DNA from: Eledone cirrhosa
Lineage: Eukaryota
Direction of reading: 5' to 3'
DNA length: 64,000 bases
Assembly: GCA_964016885.1 (NCBI GenBank)
Contig: OZ024740.1
Coordinates: forward strand, 384,586,001-384,650,000
Both the position numbers and the translations under genes were made by a program. The notes under the pieces were generated by a model, which saw nothing but the letters and a program-made list of their open reading frames with translations, had not been told where the DNA came from and ran no database searches. Below, piece by piece: positions 15,015-27,512 of the stretch; position 1 is the first letter of the stretch, and each line of letters begins with the position of its first letter.

Positions 15015-16677
15015 CTGTATCGATATATAATTGTTTCTACAATGTTAGTACACTAATGTTGTTTCTTTGTGTTAACCAAACGCTGTTCTATGCTCGCTGT
15101 AAATGGATTTCCTAGTATTTTTGTCTTCTGTGCTTGTGAAATAATTATGATATTGATTGCAATATTTTATTTTATCAGTTTTGATTTTCTTCGTTAAGAA
15201 AGGAAAAGGATGCGATGTTTGGTATATTTTTTAAGCTGGGGGAATATTCTGAAAAATCTAAATTTTGTATTCTTTTTCTCAATAATGATTGTGAATATGG
15301 TGGGGTCGTATGATGGATTAAGTTGCTTTCTAAGCTTGTATATTATTATTTTTGCTAGTGGCAATGTTAATCATGTTAGAGGTTTGTTCGATTGCTTTAG
15401 CTTAGTTATGTCCAATAGCATAACCAACATCATCATCAGAACCATTGCCACACTACAAACGCTAGCATCGACATCACAAGAAACTAACACAGCGTCTAAC
15501 ATCAGCATTACCATCGTCATCATTATTAGTATATTATCTTCTTCAACCGCATCATTGTCACATCCATCTAAATTATTTTTATCACTACCATTATCATCAA
15601 CGTCATCACCATATTTATCGTCAACATCATAAGACATACTCCCCCCACCATTATCATCATTATCGTTTTCAATCTCATCGTTATCACAGCCATCATAATT
15701 ATTTTCATCACTACTACAATCATTACCCATCAGTATTATCGTACTCGTCACTATCAGTATTACCATTAGCATTACTAACATCACAAACATTATGTTAGGT
15801 CGCCTTTAATCATCATAGTCTAAGATCCTGAGCATCAACAATCAAACTATCATCTTTAATATTATCACCACAACAACTAAGATCACTGCTATCACCAGAA
15901 CGACCATTACTGACACTAGACCCACCATTATTTTCATCACTACCATAATTCCCATCACGAATATCCCTATTTCTCCTTTTTTTCTTCCCATTACACTTAC
16001 TTCTTCTCATTACCATCTTCACCATCATACACATCATCATTATAATCATCAGGAGGAGTATCTATATATGTATGTTCTTTTGATTTTATTAGGAACACGT
16101 CCACAATTTCAGTGACAGTTGATAACAATAGCAATTTATTTTCAACATATGTTCTATTCTAGCAGATACCAAGTGAGTACTGATTGTAGCGGGGGAGGTT
16201 ATATCAGCATAGGCGGGTACAAGTGGGTGCATCAGTTCTTCAAAAATATAATAAATAAAACAATAAGATGTTATCGATCTGAACTCTCATGTAGGTGAAT
16301 AGGCAATATATTCTTCCAAAGGCACGTGCATGATACTTCGTCTTTCGGTCTCTTATCTACATTTTTACTCGTAGAATCAACACGAATTTATTTTAACCTT
16401 CTTTGTTCACACATTACACACACACGTGCACACGCACGCTGGCACCAACCATGTCAGTATATCTCACGCACTTCCCACACGACTCCATCGTGATTTGTAC
16501 GTGCATTGAGCGCACAAATTGGGTGTGTATATCCAAGAGCAAACAACAGCAATACTTGTTAGCAGAAAAGTGAAATTAACTTATTACTATATGCATTGTT
16601 TCTTTTAGTATTCTGCTTGCATTTAAATAACTAAAACGAATACAATAATAATAATAATAACAACAACAACAGCAGTA

Positions 16678-16715
<38 letters not shown>

Positions 16716-16853
16716 CTGGCTGGTGGATGTGGTGGTGTTGGTGGTAGTAGTAATAGTAGTAGTAGTAGTAGTGTTGGTGGTGGCTGTCGTGGTGGGAGTA
16801 GTAGTGATAGTGATGGTAGTGGTGGTGGTAGTCATGGTAGTAGTAATAGTAGG

Positions 16854-16885
<32 letters not shown>

Positions 16886-16968
16886 CAGAGGTGGTGCTGG
16901 TTGTTGTGGTGGTGTTGGTAGTACTACTAGTGGTGGTGGTTGTGGTGGGGGTAGTACTGATAGAGAAG

Positions 16969-17013
<45 letters not shown>

Positions 17014-17177
17014 AAACAAAATGTGAAAAAATAAAAAAAATAATTTAGAAACAAATTAAAGCAGCATGACCTACCTACGGGAATTGTTTTTTGATGACAT
17101 GTAATCTTTTCTCTTTGTCGAGCTACCTAGCAATATATCTATGTATCTATCTATCTATTTTTCCTGTATATATCTAG

Positions 17178-17217
<40 letters not shown>

Positions 17218-17246
17218 TATATATATATATATATATATATATACAG

Positions 17247-17277
<31 letters not shown>

Positions 17278-17360
17278 TATATATATACAGTATATATATA
17301 TATATATATACAGTATATATATATATATACAGTATATATATATATATATATATATATACA

Positions 17361-17445
<85 letters not shown>

Positions 17446-17514
17446 TCTATATATATATATACAGTCTATATATACAGTATATATATATATATACAGTATA
17501 TATATATATATACA

Positions 17515-17597
<83 letters not shown>

Positions 17598-17609
17598 TAT
17601 ATATATATA

Positions 17610-18561
17610 ATAAAAAATTGAACAGGGACAGAACAGAGAGGCAGTACGACAAATGTTTATTAGCTTCACGCTCAGGAGAGTGGGGGGTAGGTGGAGGACG
17701 ACGTTTCGGGCAGAAGCCCTTCTTCGGGTAAGAGTTCAAAAGGTGTGTAGGGGAGTGGTGGAGAGACATATAGCGAAAGGAAACGGTGCGAATGAAAAAT
17801 TAACAAATAAAGACAAAATTATAATAAATAATAAATAAAAATAAAGCATGATCAAAATACAAGGAAGGAATGAGAACATTTAAAAATAAAAGGCATGATC
17901 GAAATAAACTGAAATTAAAAGGGGGGTAAACAGGTGGTGGAAGGGTGTGGGGTGAGTAGAGGTGGAGGCGGGTGGAGTGGGGAGAGGGAGACGGGGTGTC
18001 CGAGCGGGGAGGGCTGAAGGTGGTGTGTGTGGTTAGGTGTGTGTGTGTGTGTGTGTATGTGAAAGTGAGGGTTGGGGGAAGAACGGGGTTGCATGTTCAG
18101 GAAGGTGTGTGTGGGGGGTGTTTTTGTGTGTCGGAGGGTCTGTGCGTGTGTGGATAGGGGGTGGGGGGAGAGGAATCAGGGGGCTGAGGGTGTAAATATG
18201 ATGTGGGAAGCACGTGTGTGTGGTTTAAGCGTGTTGTGGGTGTGGGTGGCGTGTGGATAAAAAAATTTGTTTTGGGATGTGTGTGTGGGTGAGTTATATA
18301 GGTGATGGTGTTAGAGGATGGTTGAAAAGTGGTAAGTTACACGGATGTATGGAGATTTTGGTTGGAAGTCAAAACGCGTGTGGGTAATCCAAGAAGCGGT
18401 GGTCGGAAGAGGAGAGATGTGGGGTGCGCGCGCAACAGGAAGTGGTCAGCAGTGGAAGTGCTGTGGTCAGTGGGTGCTGAGACAGTGGTCGGAAGGGCAT
18501 AGCAGCAGTCAGCGGAATGATAGGGAGGCGAGGATGGGTAGGTGTGAGAGTTGGAGTGAGG

Positions 18562-18592
<31 letters not shown>

Positions 18593-19212
18593 ATTAGTAG
18601 GGGTGTTAGTGGGATGAGTGAGTGTGGAGTGGGGAGAGAAGGGTGTGTGTGGTTCTGTGGAGGGAGTGTGGTGTACTGGTGTGTGTGTAGTTTGGTGAGG
18701 AGGTGTTAGTGGGTATTAGTAGACGGGAGGTGGGGAGGGGTGGAATGCAGGTGTGAGTGGGGGTTAGTGGGGGTAGGGTGTGTAGAGTGGTGGTGTACGA
18801 GGGTGTGTGGGTACGTGTGCGTGGGGTTGGAGGGTGTTAGTGATGTTAGTTGCGTGTGGGGTGGGTGGTGTAAGTGTGTGCGTGTGATAAGGAGGGGGGA
18901 GGAGGAGAAGAGGGGAGGGAAGGGATGTTAGTATGTTAGTTGGGGAAGGGTGGTTAGATGAGGGGTGGAGTGGGGGTGTTAGTATTGTTAGTGTGGGGTG
19001 GGCGGTGAAAAGGAGGGGTGTGTTAGTGGTGTTAGTGGGGGATAAGGGGGGAGGGGGAGGTCAAACGCTAAAGGAATAAGGGTGGGGAGTTCAGGCCGGG
19101 GGGGGGGGGGTCTGTAAGATGAAGATAGTACGTTGTTCGACCGTGAGGCTATGGGCGGGTGTTCCGTGGCACTGGAGTAGGCCACAGACTGTGAGATGGT
19201 GTGCGGAGGACT
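17610..19212 (-). mobile_element. 5'-truncated Penelope-like element: GIY-YIG C-terminal remnant, C-rich 3' UTR and terminal hammerhead-like core
   Basis: rc of 19090-19210 translates HLTVCGLLQCHGTPAHSLTVEQRTIFILQT(PPPP)GLN, with a frameshift in the C-run; this matches the PLE endonuclease end motif E..xIF.L.T..P.GLN. Confidence 0.7.
17697..17727 (-). ncRNA. Hammerhead-like core of PLE terminus; stem I not evident
   Basis: Minus strand: CCGAAGA-a-gggc-ttct-gccc-GAAA-cgtcg-TC. Confidence 0.55.
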
Positions 19213-19300
19213 GTATATATATATATATAGACTGTATATATATATATATATATATACAGTCTATATATATATATATACAGTCTATATATATATATATACA

Positions 19301-19363
<63 letters not shown>

Positions 19364-19479
19364 TAATAAGGGTTGATGGACCCAGCATATTTATCAATGC
19401 CAGTACCGGTTGTATCTCAGCGCACTCAATGGGCATATATATATATATATATTATTATTATTATTATTATTATTATTGT

Positions 19480-20665
19480 TCTTTGAGTTTCAATCATTGA
19501 TGTTATTTAACTGGAAAGTTTGTTGAAATGAATATGAAGCCGCTACCTGCAGCCTCAGACATTCAGGACGTATAGGAGGGTTCTTGCTGTTCCCAGCAAG
19601 CATGCCTTTTGAAGTGTTCCGAAAAGCGGGGCTGAACTAATCTTCTTTAAACATCCTTGGAAACTCTTTGAGATAGTACCTAGTGTGCCTATGACAATCG
19701 GAACGACCTTGATTTCATGGCATATCCCACTTTAAATCCTGCTATCGGTTAATTTTCACCCTCTCCTTTTCTTACAGTCACGTGCCAAATGGGCAGGCTA
19801 CATCTACAATCAGGCACGATCTTTTTTCCTTGTCTAAAACGACCAGGTAAGGCCTATTGTGTTCTAATTTCTTGTCCGTCGGTATCCTAAGATCCCATAG
19901 CACCTTCACCTGATCGTTTTCTATCATCGACTCTGGCTTATGCTCATACCACTTCACAGAATGTGGTAAATTGTTTACTTTGCATAGATGCCAGTGGATC
20001 ACCCTCCATATCACATCATGTCTCCAGCCCTTATAGTGAGTCAGGGCTACGTGTTTACACTCGGATACAATGTGAGCCACAGTCTCCTGTCTCTCTCCAC
20101 AGATCCTACACAGTGGGCTAGCCTCCTCCTTATAAATATGGTGTTTCACCCACTTCGTTCTTAGGGCCAGCTCTTGCGCAGCCATTAGCATTCCTTACGT
20201 AGCTTTTTTTAAGGTCTCCTCTTTTTAACCAGTTCCATGTCTGTGGACCTCTAAATTCCTTTTTCTTAAAGAAGGTGCTATGAAGGGATATTCATGAAGG
20301 TTGCTCTTCCTCCTTGTTGTTATTTCCGCCTTGGACATCCCCTGATATATTGTCTTCTCTCCTTCAGTACAATTTTGAACATTGGCTCTGTCAGTCACAT
20401 ATTTGTGCAGGTTCTTTTTCTCCATCTGAACACAGTCCTCTATGTTGATAAGACCTCTTCCACCTTCAGATCTCTTTAAGTAGAGTCTATCGACATCACT
20501 TCTCTTGTGGAACATGTTGTAGATAGTCAATAGATTCCTAGTCTTCCTATCCATTTCTTTTCGTTCAGCAACATTCCATTTCAGAATTTCCGCACTGTAC
20601 CTAATAATAGACAAAGGTCGGGAATTTACTGCACCTATGACACGCCTACTATTTAGATGTGATTT
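19480..20665 (-). mobile_element. R4/Dong-like non-LTR retrotransposon 3' fragment (restriction-like endonuclease), degenerate
   Basis: ORFs 20225-20614 (DRLYLKRSEGGRGL) and 19778-20191 (CRIC..ETVAHIVSEC, RHD, WDxxIxTD..HNRP..IVDVACP); (ATT)n on both sides. Confidence 0.88.
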
Positions 20666-20693
20666 TAATTATTATTATTATCATTACTATTAT

Positions 20694-20737
<44 letters not shown>

Positions 20738-20771
20738 AGATTTGAATGGATACAGTTTAGTTGAAAGGAAT

Positions 20772-20892
20772 TTATTGACACGTGTTTCTATAACAGTTAC
20801 ATCACCCGAAAACAGCTGCTATCTACAAAGTTTTAGTTATGCAGACATTCAATATTTCAATGTTATTATTTACTGTCATTTCATCAGAATAA
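20772..20892 (-). ncRNA. Hammerhead ribozyme with long stem II loop (left arm of PLE1)
   Basis: Mirror of 24990-25110. Confidence 0.6.
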
Positions 20893-21448
20893 TATTACTG
20901 AGGACCTATTTGGTTTTTATAGAGAATATTAGGAGGGAGGGGTGAAGTTGTTAGAAGAATAGTTGAGGGAGTGGTTTGTTGATAGCAGTGAGAATTTTTG
21001 GTGGCAGTGAGTAATTAGATTCCCATCTGTTGTTTTGACATTTTTATAGAATATATTATTGGTTATTTTTCTAAATTTATAGAAGGATTAGAGATAGTAA
21101 AGATATGCGTGGTTGGTTTTGTGTTTGCACTTAATTAACATTCAGACTTAAATTTTTCTTTCAAGTGTACGTATCCTTTCACCCACGCATTCACACACAC
21201 ATATATTTGCACACCTCTACAAAATACATATACTCACATATTCATACTTACATACATATACACATGCATACATATATATATATACACCCATGTATTCATG
21301 TACATACATACGCGTTCATGTGTATACAATTTCATACTCAACTTATCTTTACATACACACGCATAGACACACACAGATATACATACATACTCTAGTCTAT
21401 GTGTACACATATACATATACATACACATCTATACACACATATATTTAT

Positions 21449-21485
<37 letters not shown>

Positions 21486-21755
21486 AGCACTTTAATACAT
21501 GAATACACTTACATCCTACTATACACATCAAACATATATATATATTTACTTATTTATATACATTTTCACATATATATACATACTTATGGACGTTTTTAGA
21601 CACATTCATTATCGCATATTTGCACCTATTTTCATCAGCATATCTTTCCATTATTAGTGTGGTAATTTAAGGTTATTAATATATGTTGAGAAGAGATTGT
21701 TTTTATATTTTTCTAACTAGAATGTGGTTTATATAGTTGGGGGGATGTCCCTCTT

Positions 21756-22719
21756 TTATGTAATATTCGGCTTGTAGTGGGAAAAAAGGGTTTTAGTTCT
21801 GTGACGGCATAATAATGTTCGTTCAATTCTGTTATTCAGCAATTTCTTCTTGTGTGTGATTATGTAATAAATCTCAAGATTACATAATTTGCAGAAATTT
21901 TGGCTCCTGGAAAAGCTTTGGGTTTTAGCTAATTTCTCCCCTTTTAGAGTAAACTTTTGATCGCTATCCCTGAGCATCCAAGCTTTTTCTGCTAAAGTTG
22001 TTACATTTCTTTGGCTCTGGTGTTTCATTGAGTAAGAATGCCTATATAATCGAGATTTGAACGATGTTGCCGTTGATCCCACGTAATACCACTCGTTGCC
22101 TCCGGATTTAATGGTACACTTATAAATAATATTTTTTTCCAGGCAGTTATTGCCGAGGGGGCAGTTGTCAGGATAGGTGCAGTTACAGCTGTGTACGTTG
22201 GGTTTTCTCTGGAGTAGTATTGCGGACGAACTTAGGTGTGGTTTATTTATGTTCTGTAGTGTATTGTCTACTGTTTTTTTTGTGTTCTTTGTACTTAAGT
22301 TCTTAGTGTTTTCGTTTAACCTTCTAGTATTGATCTTTTTTATGCGTTGTTCAAGGTTTAACGCTGTAGAGTATGACAGTCTTATAGTGGTAGGGTTTAG
22401 GATTTTGTGGTATTTGTGTGATGTAGGAAAATGTCTCTTAATTATTTTAAAGAAGAGTACTGGTAAATTTGTACTAATGGAACTATTGTATTCGGGGTTA
22501 TATCATAAGTACTCTTTGCATCGCTTTCTATTAATTTTGTTTGTTGGTTTACTGGTGTGCATACTACGGTAGTAAGTGTGGTTTGGTGTTGTGTTATTAT
22601 ATCTACCTATGTGGGATTTATTTTGGGTGTTTTGATTGTTCCCATCTATATACTCTATTTTGTTGAGGTAGCCTGCTTTACTAAGGGCGTTATCGTAGTA
22701 CTCGGCGTGTTCCTTAAAT
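21756..22719 (-). pseudogene. Inverted partial copy of the PLE1 ORF (thumb/linker/endonuclease)
   Basis: ORF 21756-22082 matches the C-terminus of 22772-24136 except for two substitutions; a Trp codon near 22505 is mutated to TGA. Confidence 0.9.
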
Positions 22720-22771
22720 TGAGAACAGTTATTGGGTACGTAAAGATAGACCCTCTAACTTTGACATAACA

Positions 22772-24136
22772 ATGGGCTCTAACGATTCGGCGGAAATAAC
22801 TGATATTGTGGGGTTATTTATCGCCTTTAGACTCCAGGAAAAATTCAGCAATCTCCACGGCGGAACATACCGCGACGATGTTCTCCTCCTAGTTAAAAAC
22901 CTAAGTAACCAAAAACTAGAAAAACTACGCAAAGATATAAGAAAACTACTACTCGAAATAGGACTAACTATAACATATGAATACAACCTTAAAGTAGTTA
23001 ACTTCCTGGATGTCACACTCAATTTAAACTCTGGATTGATTAAACCGTTTCATAAATTGAATGAAAATCTCAAATACGTATATGTTGGATCTAACCACCC
23101 CATCTCTATAATTAAATCTATCCCTAAAAATATTTCCCTTAGAATCTCGGGTCTATCTTCTAACATACAAGTATTTAAGGAACACGCCGAGTACTACGAT
23201 AACGCCCTTAGTAAAGCAGGCTACCTCAACAAAATAGAGTATATAGATGGGAACAATCAAAACACCCAAAATAAATCCCACATAGGTAGATATAATAACA
23301 CAACACCAAACCACACTTACTACCGTAGTATGCACACCAGTAAACCAACAAACAAAACTAATAGAAAGAGATGCAAAGAGTACTTATGGTATAACCCCGA
23401 ATACAATAGTTCCATTAGTACAAATTTACCAGTACTCTTCTTTAAAATAATTAAGAGACATTTTCCTACATCACACAAATACCACAAAATCCTAAACCCT
23501 ACCACTATAAGACTGTCATACTCTACAGCGTTAAACCTTGAACAACACATAAAAAAGATCAATACTAGAAGGTTAAACGAAAACACTAAGAACTTAAGTA
23601 CAAAGAACACAAAAAAAACAGTAGACAATACACTACAGAACATAAATAAACCACACCTAAGTTCGTCCGCAATACTACTCCAGAGAAAACCCAACGTACA
23701 CAACTGTAACTGCACCTATCCTGACAACTGCCCCCTCGGCAATAACTGCCTGGAAAAAAATATTATTTATAAGTGTACCATTAAATCCGGAGGCAACGAG
23801 TGGTATTACGTGGGATCAACGGCAACATCGTTCAAATCTCGATTATATAGGCATTCTTACTCAATGAAACACCAGAGCCAAAGAAATGTAACAACTTTAG
23901 CAGAAAAAGCTTGGATGCTCAGGGATAGCGATCAAAAGTTTACTCTAAAATGGGAGAAATTAGCTAAAACCCAAAGCTTTTCCAGGAGCCAAAATTTCTG
24001 CAAATTATGTAATCTTGAGATTTATTACATAATCACACACAAGAAGAAATTGCTGAATAACAGAATTGAACGAACATTATTATGCCGTCACGGAACTAAA
24101 ACCCTTTTTTCCCACTACAAGCCGAATATTACATAA
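22772..24136 (+). CDS. PLE reverse transcriptase (C-terminal half) plus GIY-YIG endonuclease, 5'-truncated; Hydra-clade-like
   Basis: (NFDIT)MGSNDSAE, YRDD, NFLDVT, CNCTYPDNCPL linker, IIYKC..YVGST..FKSR..H, CKLC..E, CRH. Confidence 0.92.
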   Translation: MGSNDSAEITDIVGLFIAFRLQEKFSNLHGGTYRDDVLLLVKNLSNQKLEKLRKDIRKLLLEIGLTITYEYNLKVVNFLDVTLNLNSGLIKPFHKLNENLKYVYVGSNHPISIIKSIPKNISLRISGLSSNIQVFKEHAEYYDNALSKAGYLNKIEYIDGNNQNTQNKSHIGRYNNTTPNHTYYRSMHTSKPTNKTNRKRCKEYLWYNPEYNSSISTNLPVLFFKIIKRHFPTSHKYHKILNPTTIRLSYSTALNLEQHIKKINTRRLNENTKNLSTKNTKKTVDNTLQNINKPHLSSSAILLQRKPNVHNCNCTYPDNCPLGNNCLEKNIIYKCTIKSGGNEWYYVGSTATSFKSRLYRHSYSMKHQSQRNVTTLAEKAWMLRDSDQKFTLKWEKLAKTQSFSRSQNFCKLCNLEIYYIITHKKKLLNNRIERTLLCRHGTKTLFSHYKPNIT

Positions 24137-24989
24137 AAGAGGGACATCCCCCCAACTATATAAACCTCATTCTAGTTAGAAAAATATAAAAACAATCTCT
24201 TCTCAACATATATTAATAACCTTAAATTACCACACTAATAATGGAAAGATATGCTGATGAAAATAGGTGCAAATATGCGATAATGAATGTGTCTAAAAAC
24301 GTCCATAAGTATGTATATATATGTGAAAATGTATATAAATAAGTAAATATATATATATGTTTGATGTGTATAGTAGGATGTAAGTGTATTCATGTATTAA
24401 AATGCTTATATATATATATATGTGTGTGTATAAATATATGTGTGTATAGATGTGTATGTATATGTATATGTGTACACATAGACTAGAGTATGTATGTATA
24501 TATGTGTGTGTCTATGCGTGTGTATGTAAAGATAAGTTGAGTATGAAAATGTATACACATGAACGCGTATGTATGTACATGAATACATGTGTGTATATAT
24601 ATATGTATGCATGTGTATATGTATGTAAGTATGAATATGTGAATGTGAGTATATGTATTTTGTAGAGGTGTGCAAATATATTTGTGTGTGAATGCGTGGG
24701 TGAAAGGATACGTACACTTGAAAGAAAAATTTAAGTCTGAATGTTAATTAAGTGCAAACACAAAACCAACCACGCATATCTTTACTATCTCTAATCCTTC
24801 TATAAATTTAGAAAAATAACCAATAATATATTCTATAAAAATGTCAAAACAACAGATGGGAATCTAATTACTCACTGCCACCAAAAATTCTCACTGCTAT
24901 CAACAAACCACTCCCTCAACTATTCTTCTAACAACTTCACCCCTCCCTCCTAATATTCTCTATAAAAACCAAATAGGTCCTCAGTAATA

Positions 24990-25110
24990 TTATTCTGATG
25001 AAATGACAGTAAATAATAACATTGAAATATTGAATGTCTGCATAACTAAAACTTTGTAGATAGCAGCTGTTTTCAGGTTATGTAACTGTTATAGAAACAC
25101 GTGTCAATAA
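24990..25110 (+). ncRNA. Hammerhead ribozyme with long stem II loop (right arm of PLE1)
   Basis: ttatt-CTGATGA-a-atgacagt...actgttat-a-GAAA-cacgtg-TC-aataa; stem I ttatt/aataa; palindromic stem III. Confidence 0.65.
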
Positions 25111-25415
25111 ATTCCTTTCAACTAAACTGTATCCATTCAAATCTTTCTATTTTTCTCCGGATTACTTTTGGAACTACAACTGGAACCGTCGAGCAAACTC
25201 TACGTGAGCTGTCAATCTACTGTGTGTAATATTTATATTACAATACAACGGAAAATACTGTATATATATATATATATATATATATACAGAGATATCCACA
25301 GTAAGTTGTGGGGTCCATGCTGCATGAAGAACTCAATGTAATCCATATGTTGAAAATGATGTAGGTTAAAATAAATCCCGGAAAACAATAAAACATTAGA
25401 AGGAAAACAGTCATG

Positions 25416-25786
25416 ATATAAGTTAAAACAATGAAATAAAATTCAACTCATTAGAAATATACTTCACTGCTTTAAGATCGTTTCTAGGTGAGATAATACA
25501 TCCTAAACATACTTCGTTATCGATCTATGTAAGGTTAGTTACAAAATATCAGATAAGGAAAATATTTACTTACATGCATATCACCAGCTGTTGTCAAAAG
25601 CATTCCTTTTGACAACAGCTGTTGATATGCATGTAAGTAAATATTTTCCTTATCTGATATTTTGTAACTAACCTTACATAGTTCGATAACGAAATATGTT
25701 TTGGATGTATTATCATCACCTAGAAACGATCGTAAAACAGTGAAGTATATTTCTAATGAATGAATTTTAATTTCATTGTTTTAACT

Positions 25787-25791
<5 letters not shown>
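25416..25791. mobile_element. ~375-bp fold-back element ending in (TA)n
   Basis: Arms mirror around about 25603; the right arm has GAAA-cgatcg-TA, a hammerhead 3' half. Confidence 0.85.
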
Positions 25792-25811
<20 letters not shown>

Positions 25812-25817
<6 letters not shown>

Positions 25818-25886
25818 AGAGCTTCTACAGGACTACAATTGTTTCATTTGTGAGAAATCATCTAGTTCTGTAGAAGCTGTTCTATA
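25812..25886 (-). ncRNA. Degenerate hammerhead in a long hairpin
   Basis: Minus strand: ttctacagaac-TAGATGA-tttctcacaaat-GAAA-caattg-TA-gtcctgtagaa; core differs from CTGATGA. Confidence 0.5.
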
Positions 25887-26048
25887 TTAAACATTTATAA
25901 ACTGCTATGTATTGAGTACCTTACATACTGTGTTTACCCCCAAGTGAACCCGAAATAAATATTATGTAATAGTTTCCTAGTTATTTATATATTAAATTGT
26001 TTATAGTTTATAAGATGTAGTGCATCATCATGGTATAAACCACCGTTG

Positions 26049-27512
26049 GAGGGCCTATATCTACTAAATGAAATCCATAAATAACTACCATACCTCAACG
26101 GTGGTTTATACCGCGATGATGCACTATTTCTTATAGACTATAACAAATTTAATATAGAAAGAACTAGGAAACTATTACATCAAATTTTCAAAAACTTCAA
26201 CTTATGTATCACCATAGACAATAACACTAAAAATGTTAACTTGCTTGATACTACCCTTTACCTAGACTCTAAACTATATACACCATTTCATAAACCTAAC
26301 GAAAAACTAATTTATGTAGATACCAAGTCTTACCACCCTAAATCCATATTAAGCTCAATCACTAAAGGAATATCTAATAGAATTTCTAATCTATCTTATA
26401 TCGAAACCATATATAGCAATAATTCACAATACGATAATCAGGCATTAGCTAAATCAGGCCATATTAATGGGATTGAATTCCTACCTATGAAATCACTTAG
26501 TTACAACATTATTTCTCACAATATGGCCATGAGGAAAAATAATAATAAGAATAATAGCCACCATTGCTCTAATACGAAGGGTAGTATCAAACTTAACTCG
26601 CACCAAAGTAGACACCAAAATAATATTATAAACAGAAATACCTCAATAGCTATTATAAAAAAACAAAAATAGAAGAACTAATACATTTTTCAATCCCCCT
26701 TTCAATCTAAACGTCTCTACCAACTTACCTAAGGTTTTCTTCTCAATCCTACAAAAAAACGTCCCATCTGGCCACAAATTCCATAATCTTACAAATAAAA
26801 ACACCATTAACATCTCTTACTCTACCACACCTAACATAGCATACCATACTGCTAGTAGTAATAAAAGAAAGATTAATACTTATTTTCAACAAATTAAAAC
26901 ACAGCAGGAGGTAAACTTTCAGAACAACATAATAACTACAAACCCTAATATCAATAGTAATAATATTAATAACACTAATTAAATCAATAACATTGGGAAC
27001 GACAACCATCATAGCCCTAATACTAACCCTAGCAATAAACTTCTACACAACATTATAACCGGCAAGATAACATACAAAATAAATGCAACTGTAGATCAAA
27101 TAGAACTTGCCCTTTAGGTAACAACTGCTTAATCAAAGACATCATTTACTCCTGCACGGTCAACACTAACGACTCTTCTAAAACATATATAGGCTCTACT
27201 TCGAACTCCTTCAAGAGGAGATACAACTCGCACCTCCACTCTTTCAAAAAACACAATCTAGCCAACTCCACTTCACTATCTAGCTACATACACTACCTGA
27301 AAACTAGGAATAGAACATATACACTTCAATGGGAAGTAGTAGGTAGGGCTGCATCGTATAAACCACCTAATAAATTTTGTAACTTCTGTCTCCTAGAGAC
27401 CCATACTATAATCTTTTCGAATCTTAACCTCCTAAATAAAAAAAAGCGGAAGTATTTGCATCGTGCCAGCACCGCTTCCGACACCCATTCCATAGCTTTA
27501 AACCTAGTATAT
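26049..27512 (+). pseudogene. Frameshifted PLE RT/GIY-YIG ORF, same group as PLE1
   Basis: GGLYRDD, NLLDTT, PFHKPNEKLIYV, FNPPF..NVSTNL, CNC..TCPLGNNCL, IIYSC..YIGST..FKRRY, CNFCLLE. Confidence 0.88.

Larger units (their letters stand above)
20734..25260. mobile_element. Penelope-like element 1, inverted 5'-truncated insertion in (TA)n
   Basis: 20734-22719 is a near-identical reverse complement of 23173-25148; the right arm has an extra tail at 25149-25260. Confidence 0.95.

Noticed and set aside
16623-17054. Poly-Thr/Val/Ser ORFs resembling mucins (also at 6108, 12306 and 15371)
   Set aside because: Trinucleotide repeats open in several frames, with no other gene evidence
24248-24290. Second CTGATGA in the PLE1 UTR
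   Set aside because: No GAAA or supporting stems
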